DNA from: a virus
Taxonomy: Duplodnaviria; Caudoviricetes
Direction: 5' to 3' (one strand)
DNA length: 40,605 nucleotides
IMG/VR virus record: IMGVR_UViG_3300049782_000032
Span: 1 to 40,605 of that record
The translations under genes and the position numbers were made by a program. The notes beneath the pieces were generated by a model that was not told the DNA's origin, made no database searches, and saw only the letters and a list, made by a program, of their open reading frames with translations. Positions 16,878 through 24,017 of this stretch are shown one piece after another. Positions within the stretch are counted from its first letter, which is position 1. Every line of letters starts with the position of its first letter.

Positions 16878-17788
16878 GAGGCCGCCCCCGATCCCGGCTG
16901 ACGCGCGTCCGGCCACGACGAGTTGCCGTCGCCGCTGGCCCCCTGCTCGGCCGGCCGCTGCTCGCTGTGCTGCCGGGTGATCTCGGCGACCGTCACCCGC
17001 TGCTGCGGGAACTCCTCGTCCACGGTGATCTCACCGCGGCGGATGGACTCCGAGATGATGGAGAGCTGGCCGAGGTCGAGGTTCGTCCACTTCCCCGACG
17101 GGCGGCCGGACCGGTTCTCTTCGAGCTGTTCGACGGTGACGCCGAGGCCCTCGAAGTGGGCGATGCAGTCAGCGATCCGCTGCGCGAGGGGCTTGTCCCC
17201 CTGGCCCCGCTCGATGGTGTTGGTCGCGATCTCCTTTGCCTGCTCGCGGAACCAGTCCGGGAGCACGGAGAAGATCATTTCCCGCAGTCTGCGGGCGCCG
17301 TTGTTCGAGTTGTTCTCGTAGACGTCGCGCGGGTCCTCCAGCCGGGTCCCGCCGTTGTCCGACGTCCACCGGGTGTGCGGCACGATGAAGGTGGTGGAGG
17401 CGCGCTCGTTGGTCTCCAGGTCCCACGCCCACGCCTGCATCTCGGACTCGCCGGCTGAGTCGTCGCGGCGCAGCTCGTGCACGCCGTAGTGGATGTTCGT
17501 CCAGCAGCGGGCCAGCTCCTTGGCGAACTGGATCGTCTCGCCGGACACCTGCGACTTGCCGCGGCGGAAGCGGAAGAACGACCGGACGGCGAGGCTGTGC
17601 TGCGAGAACCCGGTGCGCATCTTCGCGATGGCCTGCGCCTCGTTCCGGGGGAACTGGCGGGCCACGATCACGGCGGCCTGGACCTCGGCGACCGCGCGGG
17701 ACTGCTCAACCGCGGTGCCCTGCCCGACGAACGAGGGCGCCGGGGCGGCCGGGGCCGCGAACTGGTCGGTGTTGGCGGGGTAGTTCAC
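16874..17788 (-). CDS. Putative single-strand annealing / recombinase partner protein
   Basis: AEVQAAVIVARQFPR, SGETIQFAKELARCWTNI, AWAWDLETN, GARRLREMIFSVLP; directly after the RecE-like exonuclease. Confidence 0.6.
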   Translation of the reverse strand: MNYPANTDQFAAPAAPAPSFVGQGTAVEQSRAVAEVQAAVIVARQFPRNEAQAIAKMRTGFSQHSLAVRSFFRFRRGKSQVSGETIQFAKELARCWTNIHYGVHELRRDDSAGESEMQAWAWDLETNERASTTFIVPHTRWTSDNGGTRLEDPRDVYENNSNNGARRLREMIFSVLPDWFREQAKEIATNTIERGQGDKPLAQRIADCIAHFEGLGVTVEQLEENRSGRPSGKWTNLDLGQLSIISESIRRGEITVDEEFPQQRVTVAEITRQHSEQRPAEQGASGDGNSSWPDARQPGSGAAS

Positions 17789-18675
17789 AGGTACTCCAAG
17801 CTGTCGCGGGTCTCGGCCCACGGGGGCAGGGAAACGGGGGCGATCTCGTCGCTGTAGCCGGGCCAGTAGCCGGTGCGGGTGCACTCGGCGAAGATCTCCA
17901 GGGCCCGGCGGTTGCGGGCGGCGCCGATCCGGCGCGACGTCCCGTTCACCTCGATGACGGTGATGACGTACGGCGGCGTCTTCTCCTGGCAGACGAACAC
18001 GAACGCTGCGGTCTCGTCGGCGATGCCGAGGGCGTGGCAGGCGGACCGATACCAGTCGTCTTGCTGGTGGTAGCCGAAGTCGTCCACGGCCCGCTGGAGC
18101 TTCTCGGGGTGGGCCGAGACGCACGTCTTGTAGTCGGGGATGATCAGCCGCCCCGTGCGCGGGTTCGGGAGCCAGTCGAGGCGGGCTCGGCGCATGACGC
18201 CGGTCTTCTCGTCGCGCCAGAACAGGGACTGCTCAGGCTTGCCGCGCTCCGGGTCGAACAGCAGGGAGGCGACGGGGTGACGGCGCAGGGCGTCCGCCAT
18301 CGCGTGCACCTGCTCGTACTCGGCGCGCTTCAGCGGGATCGCCCCGGCCGCGCGGACCTCGGCGACCGCGGCCTTCGCCTTGTTGCTGTCCCACCGGTCG
18401 TAGTCGACGATGCGCAGCGCGGGCCCGTTGCCGAGCACCAGCTTGTGCGCCGCGTTCCCGATGTCGAAGACCTTCTTCGGCGGCTGCGGGTGGTCCTGCT
18501 TGTACCGGAAGATCGCGGGGCAGGACGGGTCAAGCAGGTCACGCGCGCCGCTGGACGACAGGGCGTACCGGTGCGAGTGGTACACCTCGTTCGTCATCTC
18601 GTAGATGCCGGGCTCGGTGATGGGCTCCGGGCCGGCGGCCGGGGCCTGAGCCCCGGCCTGCACGACGGTCGTCAC
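17785..18675 (-). CDS. RecE-like PD-(D/E)XK exonuclease (DUF3799/ExoVIII type)
   Basis: YH..ALSSSG, FDIGNAAHKLVL, EQSLFW, RARLDW, IPDYKT, GYHQQDDWY, FVFVCQEK. Confidence 0.85.
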   Translation of the reverse strand: MTTVVQAGAQAPAAGPEPITEPGIYEMTNEVYHSHRYALSSSGARDLLDPSCPAIFRYKQDHPQPPKKVFDIGNAAHKLVLGNGPALRIVDYDRWDSNKAKAAVAEVRAAGAIPLKRAEYEQVHAMADALRRHPVASLLFDPERGKPEQSLFWRDEKTGVMRRARLDWLPNPRTGRLIIPDYKTCVSAHPEKLQRAVDDFGYHQQDDWYRSACHALGIADETAAFVFVCQEKTPPYVITVIEVNGTSRRIGAARNRRALEIFAECTRTGYWPGYSDEIAPVSLPPWAETRDSLEYL

Positions 18676-18917
18676 TTCGCCTCTCCCGTCTGCGGGTGGG
18701 CGGAGGCCGCCTTCATCCACGCGTTGTAGTCGTGCATCGGCTGGCCGCCGCCCTCGCCGTCCTCCTGGGTGTAGAGGGCGGTCGCGGCGGCCTGCGCGAG
18801 GGTGGCGTGCACCTGCGCGGCGGCGATGATCGCGGCCACGTCGGTGCCCTCCTGGTGACCGTCGCGGACCTCGCGAAGCAGCTGCTCGGCGCGGATGTAG
18901 TGCTCGGGGCCGGTCAT
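18672..18917 (-). CDS. Hypothetical actinophage protein
   Basis: MTGPEHYIRAEQLL...AQVHATLAQAAATA; ATGA coupling. Confidence 0.75.
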   Translation of the reverse strand: MTGPEHYIRAEQLLREVRDGHQEGTDVAAIIAAAQVHATLAQAAATALYTQEDGEGGGQPMHDYNAWMKAASAHPQTGEAK

Positions 18918-19162
18918 GAGCGGCCGTCCTTCCTGGTCTTGAGGGTGTAGAAGCGGCCGTCTTCGGGCCCGTGCTCGTCGAGGTGGCCGCGTCGGGCCAG
19001 CTCCTTCAGGTCGCGGCTGGCGGTGCCGCGCTGCGTCGGGCCGCCGGTCAGGCGGCGGACGCCCTGCACGCGGCTGGACGTCCACCGGTAGCCGGGGCGG
19101 GTGCGGATCGTGTCGAGGAGCTGCGCGAGACGCTGCTCGCGACTGGACTGCGAGGCGCTCAC
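18914..19162 (-). CDS. Small winged-HTH protein
   Basis: RLAQLLDTIR...RGTASRDLKELARRGHL...RFYTL. Confidence 0.7.
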   Translation of the reverse strand: MSASQSSREQRLAQLLDTIRTRPGYRWTSSRVQGVRRLTGGPTQRGTASRDLKELARRGHLDEHGPEDGRFYTLKTRKDGRS

Positions 19163-19560
19163 TGGGCACCGCCCGTCTCGGCCATCGCCCTGCGCTGACG
19201 GCGCCGAGCCCGATACGCGTTGACGTCCTCGGTGTTCGCCTCCGAGCAGGCCCGGCAACGGCAGCCGTAGTTCTTGTACGTGCTGGCCTTGCCGTGCCCG
19301 GCCCGATCTGCCGCCGCCGGGTTGTTCACCCGGGCTTCGCGGGCCTCCGCGCACTTCACGCGCTGCGCCTCGCGGCAGTCGTCGCAGCGGCATCCCTTGG
19401 CGTAGGTGCGGTAGTCGCCGTGGCCGTGGTCGACCGGGGGTCGCCCACGTCGGCGCTTCGGCCGGGACGGGGTCAGCCCGAGCATGTCGAGCAGCTGGCG
19501 GCAGTCGTCGGCGTCGCGGGCGTGGTCGGCGACTACGAGCAGCACCTTTCGCGTTGTCAC
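19159..19560 (-). CDS. Protein with two HG-x-Y-x-GCRC-x2-C zinc-binding repeats
   Basis: HGDYRTYAKGCRCDDC and HGKASTYKNYGCRCRAC; AT-hook-like RRRGRPP. Confidence 0.75.
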   Translation of the reverse strand: MTTRKVLLVVADHARDADDCRQLLDMLGLTPSRPKRRRGRPPVDHGHGDYRTYAKGCRCDDCREAQRVKCAEAREARVNNPAAADRAGHGKASTYKNYGCRCRACSEANTEDVNAYRARRRQRRAMAETGGAQ

Positions 19561-19739
19561 GCCGACCGCCTGTTCTGCTGCGCGGGCAGCGGGTTGGCGG
19601 CGAAGTGCCGGCGGGTCGCGGCGTGCGACGGGTGCCGGATCGCCCGGGCACCCCACGGGCGGCCGGTGTCCGCGTAGGCCACCTCGTCCGCAACGTCCAT
19701 CTCGGGCTCGTCGTCCGGCTCGTACGGGCGGGGGATCAT
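19557..19739 (-). CDS. Hypothetical protein (60 aa)
   Basis: ATGA/GTGA overlaps on both ends. Confidence 0.6.
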   Translation of the reverse strand: MIPRPYEPDDEPEMDVADEVAYADTGRPWGARAIRHPSHAATRRHFAANPLPAQQNRRSA

Positions 19740-19819
19740 CGCTCGGCCCCCTTCACCACGGCGATGGAACCCAGGACGTACAGGGCCAGGCAGGCGAGGA
19801 AGAAGAGGAGAGCGATCAC
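19736..19819 (-). CDS. Single-TM peptide (27 aa)
   Basis: VIALLFFLACLALYVLGSIAVVKGAER; overlapping start/stop on both sides. Confidence 0.55.
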   Translation of the reverse strand: MIALLFFLACLALYVLGSIAVVKGAER

Positions 19820-20730
19820 GACGCGCCCCCGGCCTGCTCGCGCTGCCCGGCGAGGATTGAGCGCAGCTTGGCCACCTGCGGCGTCACGTCGTCCTCGGCG
19901 TCCGGCGTCGGCTCGCAGTCCCCGTCGTGTCCGGCCGGTCGCTGGCACCGGTACCCCGGCCCGAGGTCGGCGCCGCACTGCTTCTCGGTGAGCGTGTACC
20001 GGATCGGGTCCTCGTCGGCCGGCCGCTCGTACTCGGCGAGCCGGGCCCGCAGCTGCTCGATCTCCGCGTCGCGGGCGATGATGTGGTCGTGCAGCGTCCG
20101 TGTGCGCGCCTCCTCGGCCCCGGCAGGCAGCGCCTCCCGGAACGAGCGGATCACCTCACGGACCTGAGCCAACGCCCCGTCGATCGGGCGGACGTCCGTC
20201 GCCATCCCGAGCGCGTGCAAGAGGTTGCCAAGGGTGGTCTCGTCGAGTTGCTCGGCCCACGCGAACGGCTCGGCTTCCAGCTCGGCGACCCGGGCCTGAG
20301 CCTCCCGCAACAATCGGTCCAACGTGCCCGCCCGGGCCAACTGTGCGGCCACGGCCGCGTGCAGGTGACGGATCTGCTCGACGGGCGTCAGCAGCCGCAC
20401 CTTGGCGTCGCCGTACGCGGCCGTCTCCAGCTCGGCGACGCGGGCCTCGGCGTCCAGCAGGCGGCGCAGCACCGGCCCCATCCGCTCACCCATGTACGAG
20501 GTGAGGTTGAGGCAGTACAGGTCCTCCCACTTCGGGTGCTCGTGCTCCCGGACGTCGCGCACGGCCGTGGCGAGGGAGGCGACCAACCCGGCACTCGCGG
20601 GGCGGGGGCCGCCCAGCTGCGCGGCGATCGTGGCGCGCAGCTCGGGCGTCAGGGACGCGGAGCCGGTCGGCACGGGCAGGGCGCCCAGCTCACGGACGGC
20701 GGTCTCTGTGTCGCGGATCGGCTCACTCAT
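19816..20730 (-). CDS. Coiled-coil hypothetical protein (304 aa)
   Basis: Repeated ARVAELE heptads; C-terminal C..C.RPAGHDGDC. Confidence 0.75.
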   Translation of the reverse strand: MSEPIRDTETAVRELGALPVPTGSASLTPELRATIAAQLGGPRPASAGLVASLATAVRDVREHEHPKWEDLYCLNLTSYMGERMGPVLRRLLDAEARVAELETAAYGDAKVRLLTPVEQIRHLHAAVAAQLARAGTLDRLLREAQARVAELEAEPFAWAEQLDETTLGNLLHALGMATDVRPIDGALAQVREVIRSFREALPAGAEEARTRTLHDHIIARDAEIEQLRARLAEYERPADEDPIRYTLTEKQCGADLGPGYRCQRPAGHDGDCEPTPDAEDDVTPQVAKLRSILAGQREQAGGAS

Positions 20731-21110
20731 GCCGCCACCGCCGCAGCGATCTCGTGCATGACCTGCTCACCCGTCGCCAGCACCACCGACACGAACACCG
20801 GCACCACCGGGAACTTCACCGGCGAGTCCGTCCACGTCTTCGTGCGCAGCGTCCACACCGTCTGGCCGGACGGCAGGTTCGTCGTCGTCACCGAGCCGCC
20901 CATGACGTACAGCCACTCGGCCAGCACGTCGATGTCCGTTGCGGTCACCAACACCGCGCTCTCTGTGGCCTGCACCGCGATGTGCGTCGAGTCCGGCAGC
21001 CCGTGGTAGGAGCACGTCGACCGGTACGAGGACTCGTTCCGCTCCCGGAGGGCCCATCGGTCGAGCGCCGACGGATGCTGAATCGTTGGGGTCTGGAATG
21101 ATGTGGCCAT
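20727..21110 (-). CDS. Hypothetical protein (127 aa)
   Basis: MATSFQTPTIQ...LAEWLYVMGG...VWTL; GAAAGTGAGG RBS. Confidence 0.7.
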   Translation of the reverse strand: MATSFQTPTIQHPSALDRWALRERNESSYRSTCSYHGLPDSTHIAVQATESAVLVTATDIDVLAEWLYVMGGSVTTTNLPSGQTVWTLRTKTWTDSPVKFPVVPVFVSVVLATGEQVMHEIAAAVAA

Positions 21111-21201
21111 CGGTGGCCTCACTTTCTGGTTGGTGGGGTGCGCCGGTCGGGGGGTCGCCGGGCCTGCAAGCGGGCGGCCCTTCGGCGCGTTCAGGGGTGG
21201 G

Positions 21202-21525
21202 TCAGGCGGCGGAGCGAGAGCGGGCCTGCGCCAGCTCCGTCTGCACGCGGCGGGTCTTGGCCTCCTCCGCCAGCTGCCGCTTGATGCGGCGGGCCTGCGC
21301 GGACTTCAGCGCCAGCGCCTGGTAGTGCGCCTTCTTCAGGGACTCCGCGACCTTCGCGAGCTCGGCCTCGCTCGCGTTGGGGTGCTTCTCGCGGGCCATG
21401 GCGAGGAACCGCGTGTGGTGGCTAGCGCGGCGGGCGGCGGCGGTACGGGCCGATCGGTCCGTCGTGTTCGCCCAGCTCGTGTGAGCCGCGATCCTCATCT
21501 GCATCGATCGCTCGTTCGTCTCCAC
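21202..21525 (-). CDS. Basic helical actinophage protein (AAHxSWANTxDR family)
   Basis: AGGAAGGAG RBS 6 nt before GTG; RIAAHTSWANTTDRSARTAAARRA...LALKSAQARR. Confidence 0.75.
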   Translation of the reverse strand: METNERSMQMRIAAHTSWANTTDRSARTAAARRASHHTRFLAMAREKHPNASEAELAKVAESLKKAHYQALALKSAQARRIKRQLAEEAKTRRVQTELAQARSRSAA

Positions 21526-21805
21526 GTCCATCTCCTTCCTGCCTAGGAGTGCCCACGCCCATGGGCGTGGGCACAGGTTCGAAAAAAAGGGCGTCGCGTC
21601 GCACGTCGAGAACCTCGCATATGCGGGCGGCAACCTGCGGAGTGACTGAAGGTCGCTCACCCGTGAGCAGGGCGTGAACCTTGCTCTTCGATACGCCGAC
21701 GGCGTCAGCGAGGCTCCGTATGTCGAGGGAGTTGCCGCCCGGCGCCCAACGCATCAGCCCGCGCAGCAGGTCACTGTCGGTCAGGCGAAGTCGGGCATGG
21801 GTCAT
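21422..21805 (-). CDS. Cro-like XRE HTH regulator
   Basis: GGAGG RBS; HTH IRSLADAVGVSKSKVHALLTGER..AARICEVLDV; first gene of the early operon, divergent from the repressor. Confidence 0.82.
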   Translation of the reverse strand: MTHARLRLTDSDLLRGLMRWAPGGNSLDIRSLADAVGVSKSKVHALLTGERPSVTPQVAARICEVLDVRRDALFFEPVPTPMGVGTPRQEGDGRGDERAIDADEDRGSHELGEHDGPIGPYRRRPPR

Positions 21806-21825
21806 GGGTTGCGCCTCCGTTGCTG

Positions 21826-21956
21826 CCCACGATCGTGGACAACCCCAGTAGAGCACATCGCATGAGCGATGTCCACGATCGTGGGCAGGTATCGCTTAAG
21901 CCAAGAATCGTTAGGGTGCCCTTGCTTACCCCCATCGCCGCCCGCGATCGTGGACA
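21826..21956. promoter_or_regulatory. Three operators of the lysis/lysogeny switch
   Basis: GCCCACGATCGTGGACA (~21826-21841), TGTCCACGATCGTGGGC (~21870-21886), GCCCGCGATCGTGGACA (~21940-21956). Confidence 0.8.
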
Positions 21957-22053
21957 ATGTCACGCAGGTTAAAAACGGTTGTACGGTCTCACCTGCAATT
22001 TCACGCGAACGCCCGAACGCGGGTGTGGACTGACGATCCAGAGAGGCGGAGGG

Positions 22054-22428
22054 ATGCCGCAGCAGCGAGACGCGCTCACCGAGCTCGTCAAGGCACATGT
22101 CGGCCCGGGAAGGCGCATGTCCACCAGAGATTTCGCCGCTGTGGCCGTGGACCCGGACACCGGATGGGCCCCGAGCAAGAGCCTCGTAGCAAAGATCATC
22201 GGCGGTCAGGGTTACAACATCACCCCGCAGCTTGTGTCAGCCATCGCTGTTGGCCTCGACCTTGACCGCGAAATCATCGCTTCCGCCGCTCACTTGCAAG
22301 TGATCGGCTACACCGAAGCCGAACTCTCAACCGGGGCGCCGGCGAAGCTGATTCGCGCGATCGGATCGGAGGGCGGGCCGACCGACAAGGCGCGGGCCGT
22401 AGCAGAGCGATGGGACGCGGAAGCGTAG
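22054..22428 (+). CDS. Putative immunity repressor (XRE-like, no peptidase domain)
   Basis: GGAGGG RBS; MSTRDFAAVAVDPDTGWAPSKSLVAKII...LVSAIAVGLDL; divergent from cro and near the integrase. Confidence 0.72.
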   Translation: MPQQRDALTELVKAHVGPGRRMSTRDFAAVAVDPDTGWAPSKSLVAKIIGGQGYNITPQLVSAIAVGLDLDREIIASAAHLQVIGYTEAELSTGAPAKLIRAIGSEGGPTDKARAVAERWDAEA

Positions 22429-22567
22429 TTGGTCACCCACACGGGTGATATAGGCGGAGTCGCGGTTTACCCTGCTGTTTTCTGGTGACGGGATCACCCG
22501 CTGTTGCGGGTGATACGCCCTGTGTTTCCGGCCGCTTGCGTCGTACAGTGATCAGGCCTCGCGCGTG

Positions 22568-22583
22568 TCGAACGTCGGTTCGA
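22568..22583. promoter_or_regulatory. LexA (SOS) box, actinobacterial consensus
   Basis: TCGAAC-GTCG-GTTCGA matches TCGAAC-N4-GTTCGA exactly; intergenic, downstream of a TACAGT -10-like hexamer. Confidence 0.8.
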
Positions 22584-22624
22584 TTTCTGCTGCCTTGAAT
22601 CGAACGACGAGAGAAGGGGGTCAG

Positions 22625-22810
22625 GTGACAGATGTGCGAGTCGAGCGGGAGACCCTCGACGGCGGGATACCCATGATGTACCGCGACTGCGGCACACATG
22701 TCCGGCTCGCTCACGACCCCGATCAGATGGACGAGGCCGCGGCGCTGGCCCTGCTGTGCCTGAAGGTGCCGCGGCTCGTTGGAAACCTTGAGGTGCGGCG
22801 AGTCCACTAA
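22625..22810 (+). CDS. Small protein (61 aa), candidate SOS-induced antirepressor
   Basis: AAGGGGG RBS plus GTG; VTDVRVERETLDGGIPMMYRDCGTHVRLAHDPDQMDEAAALALL... Confidence 0.65.
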   Translation: MTDVRVERETLDGGIPMMYRDCGTHVRLAHDPDQMDEAAALALLCLKVPRLVGNLEVRRVH

Positions 22811-22885
22811 CCCCCCGCCAGGCCGCACCAGTACGCCCCGGCCCCCGGTTCTCGCCGACGAACCGGAAGCCGGGGCGCAGTCGTT

Positions 22886-23860
22886 CTACGCCAGCCGATC
22901 GGCAGGGGAGAGGCGGGCGTGCGCCTTACGGGCCCGCTCGGCGCCGGCCGACGCCCCGTACCGGGCGAGCATCTGCCGTGATCGCCATCCGGTGATCCGC
23001 ATGAGGTCGTCCTCGTTCCCGTCGTACAGCCGCCACTGATGAGCGAAAGTGTGCCGGAACTGATGCGGGTGGACATGGTCGATACCTGCCTCTTGGCACC
23101 GACGCTCGATCATCGTCCCGACACCCCAGATTGTCAGCCGGTGCCCCCGCTGCCCGCGGTCGCCCCACCACAGCCACATGTCGCCTTCGAGTGGTTTGCC
23201 CTTGTGCTTCGCGGCTGCCCGCAGATACCGATCGAGTGCGGTTGCGCACTTCGCGCCGAACGGCACGCTGCGCGGCACGCCGCCCTTGCCCAGGACCCGA
23301 ATCACCTTCAGGTCTAGGTCGAGGTCTTCGATCTTGCGCTCGGTCAGTTCACTTAGGCGCAGGCCCGTGTCGATGAACAGCGTGATGATCGCGGTGTCGC
23401 GGCGGTCGGCGTACGTCTTGCCCTTGCACGTCTTCAACAGCCGTGCGAGGGCATCATCGGGGATGACCGGCACCTCCTTCTCGGGCACCGTCGGCGGCTT
23501 CATCGTCCGCATCGGGGTGCGGTCGATCTCCTCCTCGGCCTCCAGCCAGTTGAAGAACGTTCGCAGGGCGCGGTAGTGCTGGTGGGCGTTCGCCGGTGAC
23601 GTCCGCTTGATGGTGGCGGCGATGTACGCCTGCACGTGCTCGCGGTGCACCTCGTCGAGGTCGGTCGGCGCGGGTCGGCCGGGGTTTCCGTCCTCGTCGG
23701 CGGTCGGCTGGTAGCCGTTTTTCTCGTCGAGCAGGAACGCGGCGAACTGCCGGGTGGCGTTGCCGTAGATCCTGATCGTGTTGTCGCTCTTGTTCTCGGA
23801 CTTCAGGGCGCGCAGCCACGAGGCAGCCATGGGCCCGATGTTGTACCGCTCATCTGCCAT
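22886..23860 (-). CDS. int: Tyrosine integrase (324 aa, no obvious arm-binding domain)
   Basis: TGLRLSEL, VLGKGG, HPHQFRHTFAH, GWRSRQMLARY catalytic set; adjacent to attP. Confidence 0.93.
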   Translation of the reverse strand: MADERYNIGPMAASWLRALKSENKSDNTIRIYGNATRQFAAFLLDEKNGYQPTADEDGNPGRPAPTDLDEVHREHVQAYIAATIKRTSPANAHQHYRALRTFFNWLEAEEEIDRTPMRTMKPPTVPEKEVPVIPDDALARLLKTCKGKTYADRRDTAIITLFIDTGLRLSELTERKIEDLDLDLKVIRVLGKGGVPRSVPFGAKCATALDRYLRAAAKHKGKPLEGDMWLWWGDRGQRGHRLTIWGVGTMIERRCQEAGIDHVHPHQFRHTFAHQWRLYDGNEDDLMRITGWRSRQMLARYGASAGAERARKAHARLSPADRLA

Positions 23861-23866
23861 TGCCCC

Positions 23867-23896
23867 ACCATGACGCCCACGATCGTGGACAGTCAA
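23867..23896 (-). promoter_or_regulatory. Integrase promoter containing a switch-type operator
   Basis: Minus strand TTGACT-[GTCCACGATCGTGGGCGT]-CATGGT-GGGGCA-ATG. Confidence 0.65.
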
Positions 23897-23942
23897 GGCG
23901 CTTGGCCTGGTAGCGATGTGCATCCCGCCAGGCAAAGAAGAA

Positions 23943-23962
23943 GACCAGCGTTTCCGCTGGTC
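23943..23962. terminator. Hairpin downstream of the tRNA 3' fragment
   Basis: GACCAGCG TTTC CGCTGGTC. Confidence 0.55.
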
Positions 23963-23972
23963 AGAGGGTATT

Positions 23973-24017
23973 TGCGCCCCCGGCAGGACTCGAACCTGCG
24001 GCCAAGCGCTTAGAAGG
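23973..24017 (-). other. attP core: 3' half of tRNA-Arg(UCU)
   Basis: Minus strand CCTTCTAAGCGCTTGGCCGCAGGTTCGAGTCCTGCCGGGGGCGCA: anticodon loop CT-TCT-AA, T-arm GCAGG-TTCGAGT-CCTGC, acceptor 3' strand; the 5' half (D-arm) is absent. Confidence 0.88.

Noticed and set aside
10834-21110. Long chain of GTGA/ATGA start-stop overlaps as a special system
   Set aside because: Translational coupling is routine in actinophage early operons; it was used only as evidence for gene starts.
23973-24017. Functional phage-encoded tRNA gene
   Set aside because: Only the anticodon loop to the 3' end is present; there is no D-arm or 5' acceptor strand upstream. It is an attP core.
22054-24017. Integration-dependent immunity (attP inside the repressor gene)
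   Set aside because: attP lies ~1.5 kb from the repressor, on the far side of int, and does not interrupt a credible repressor ORF.
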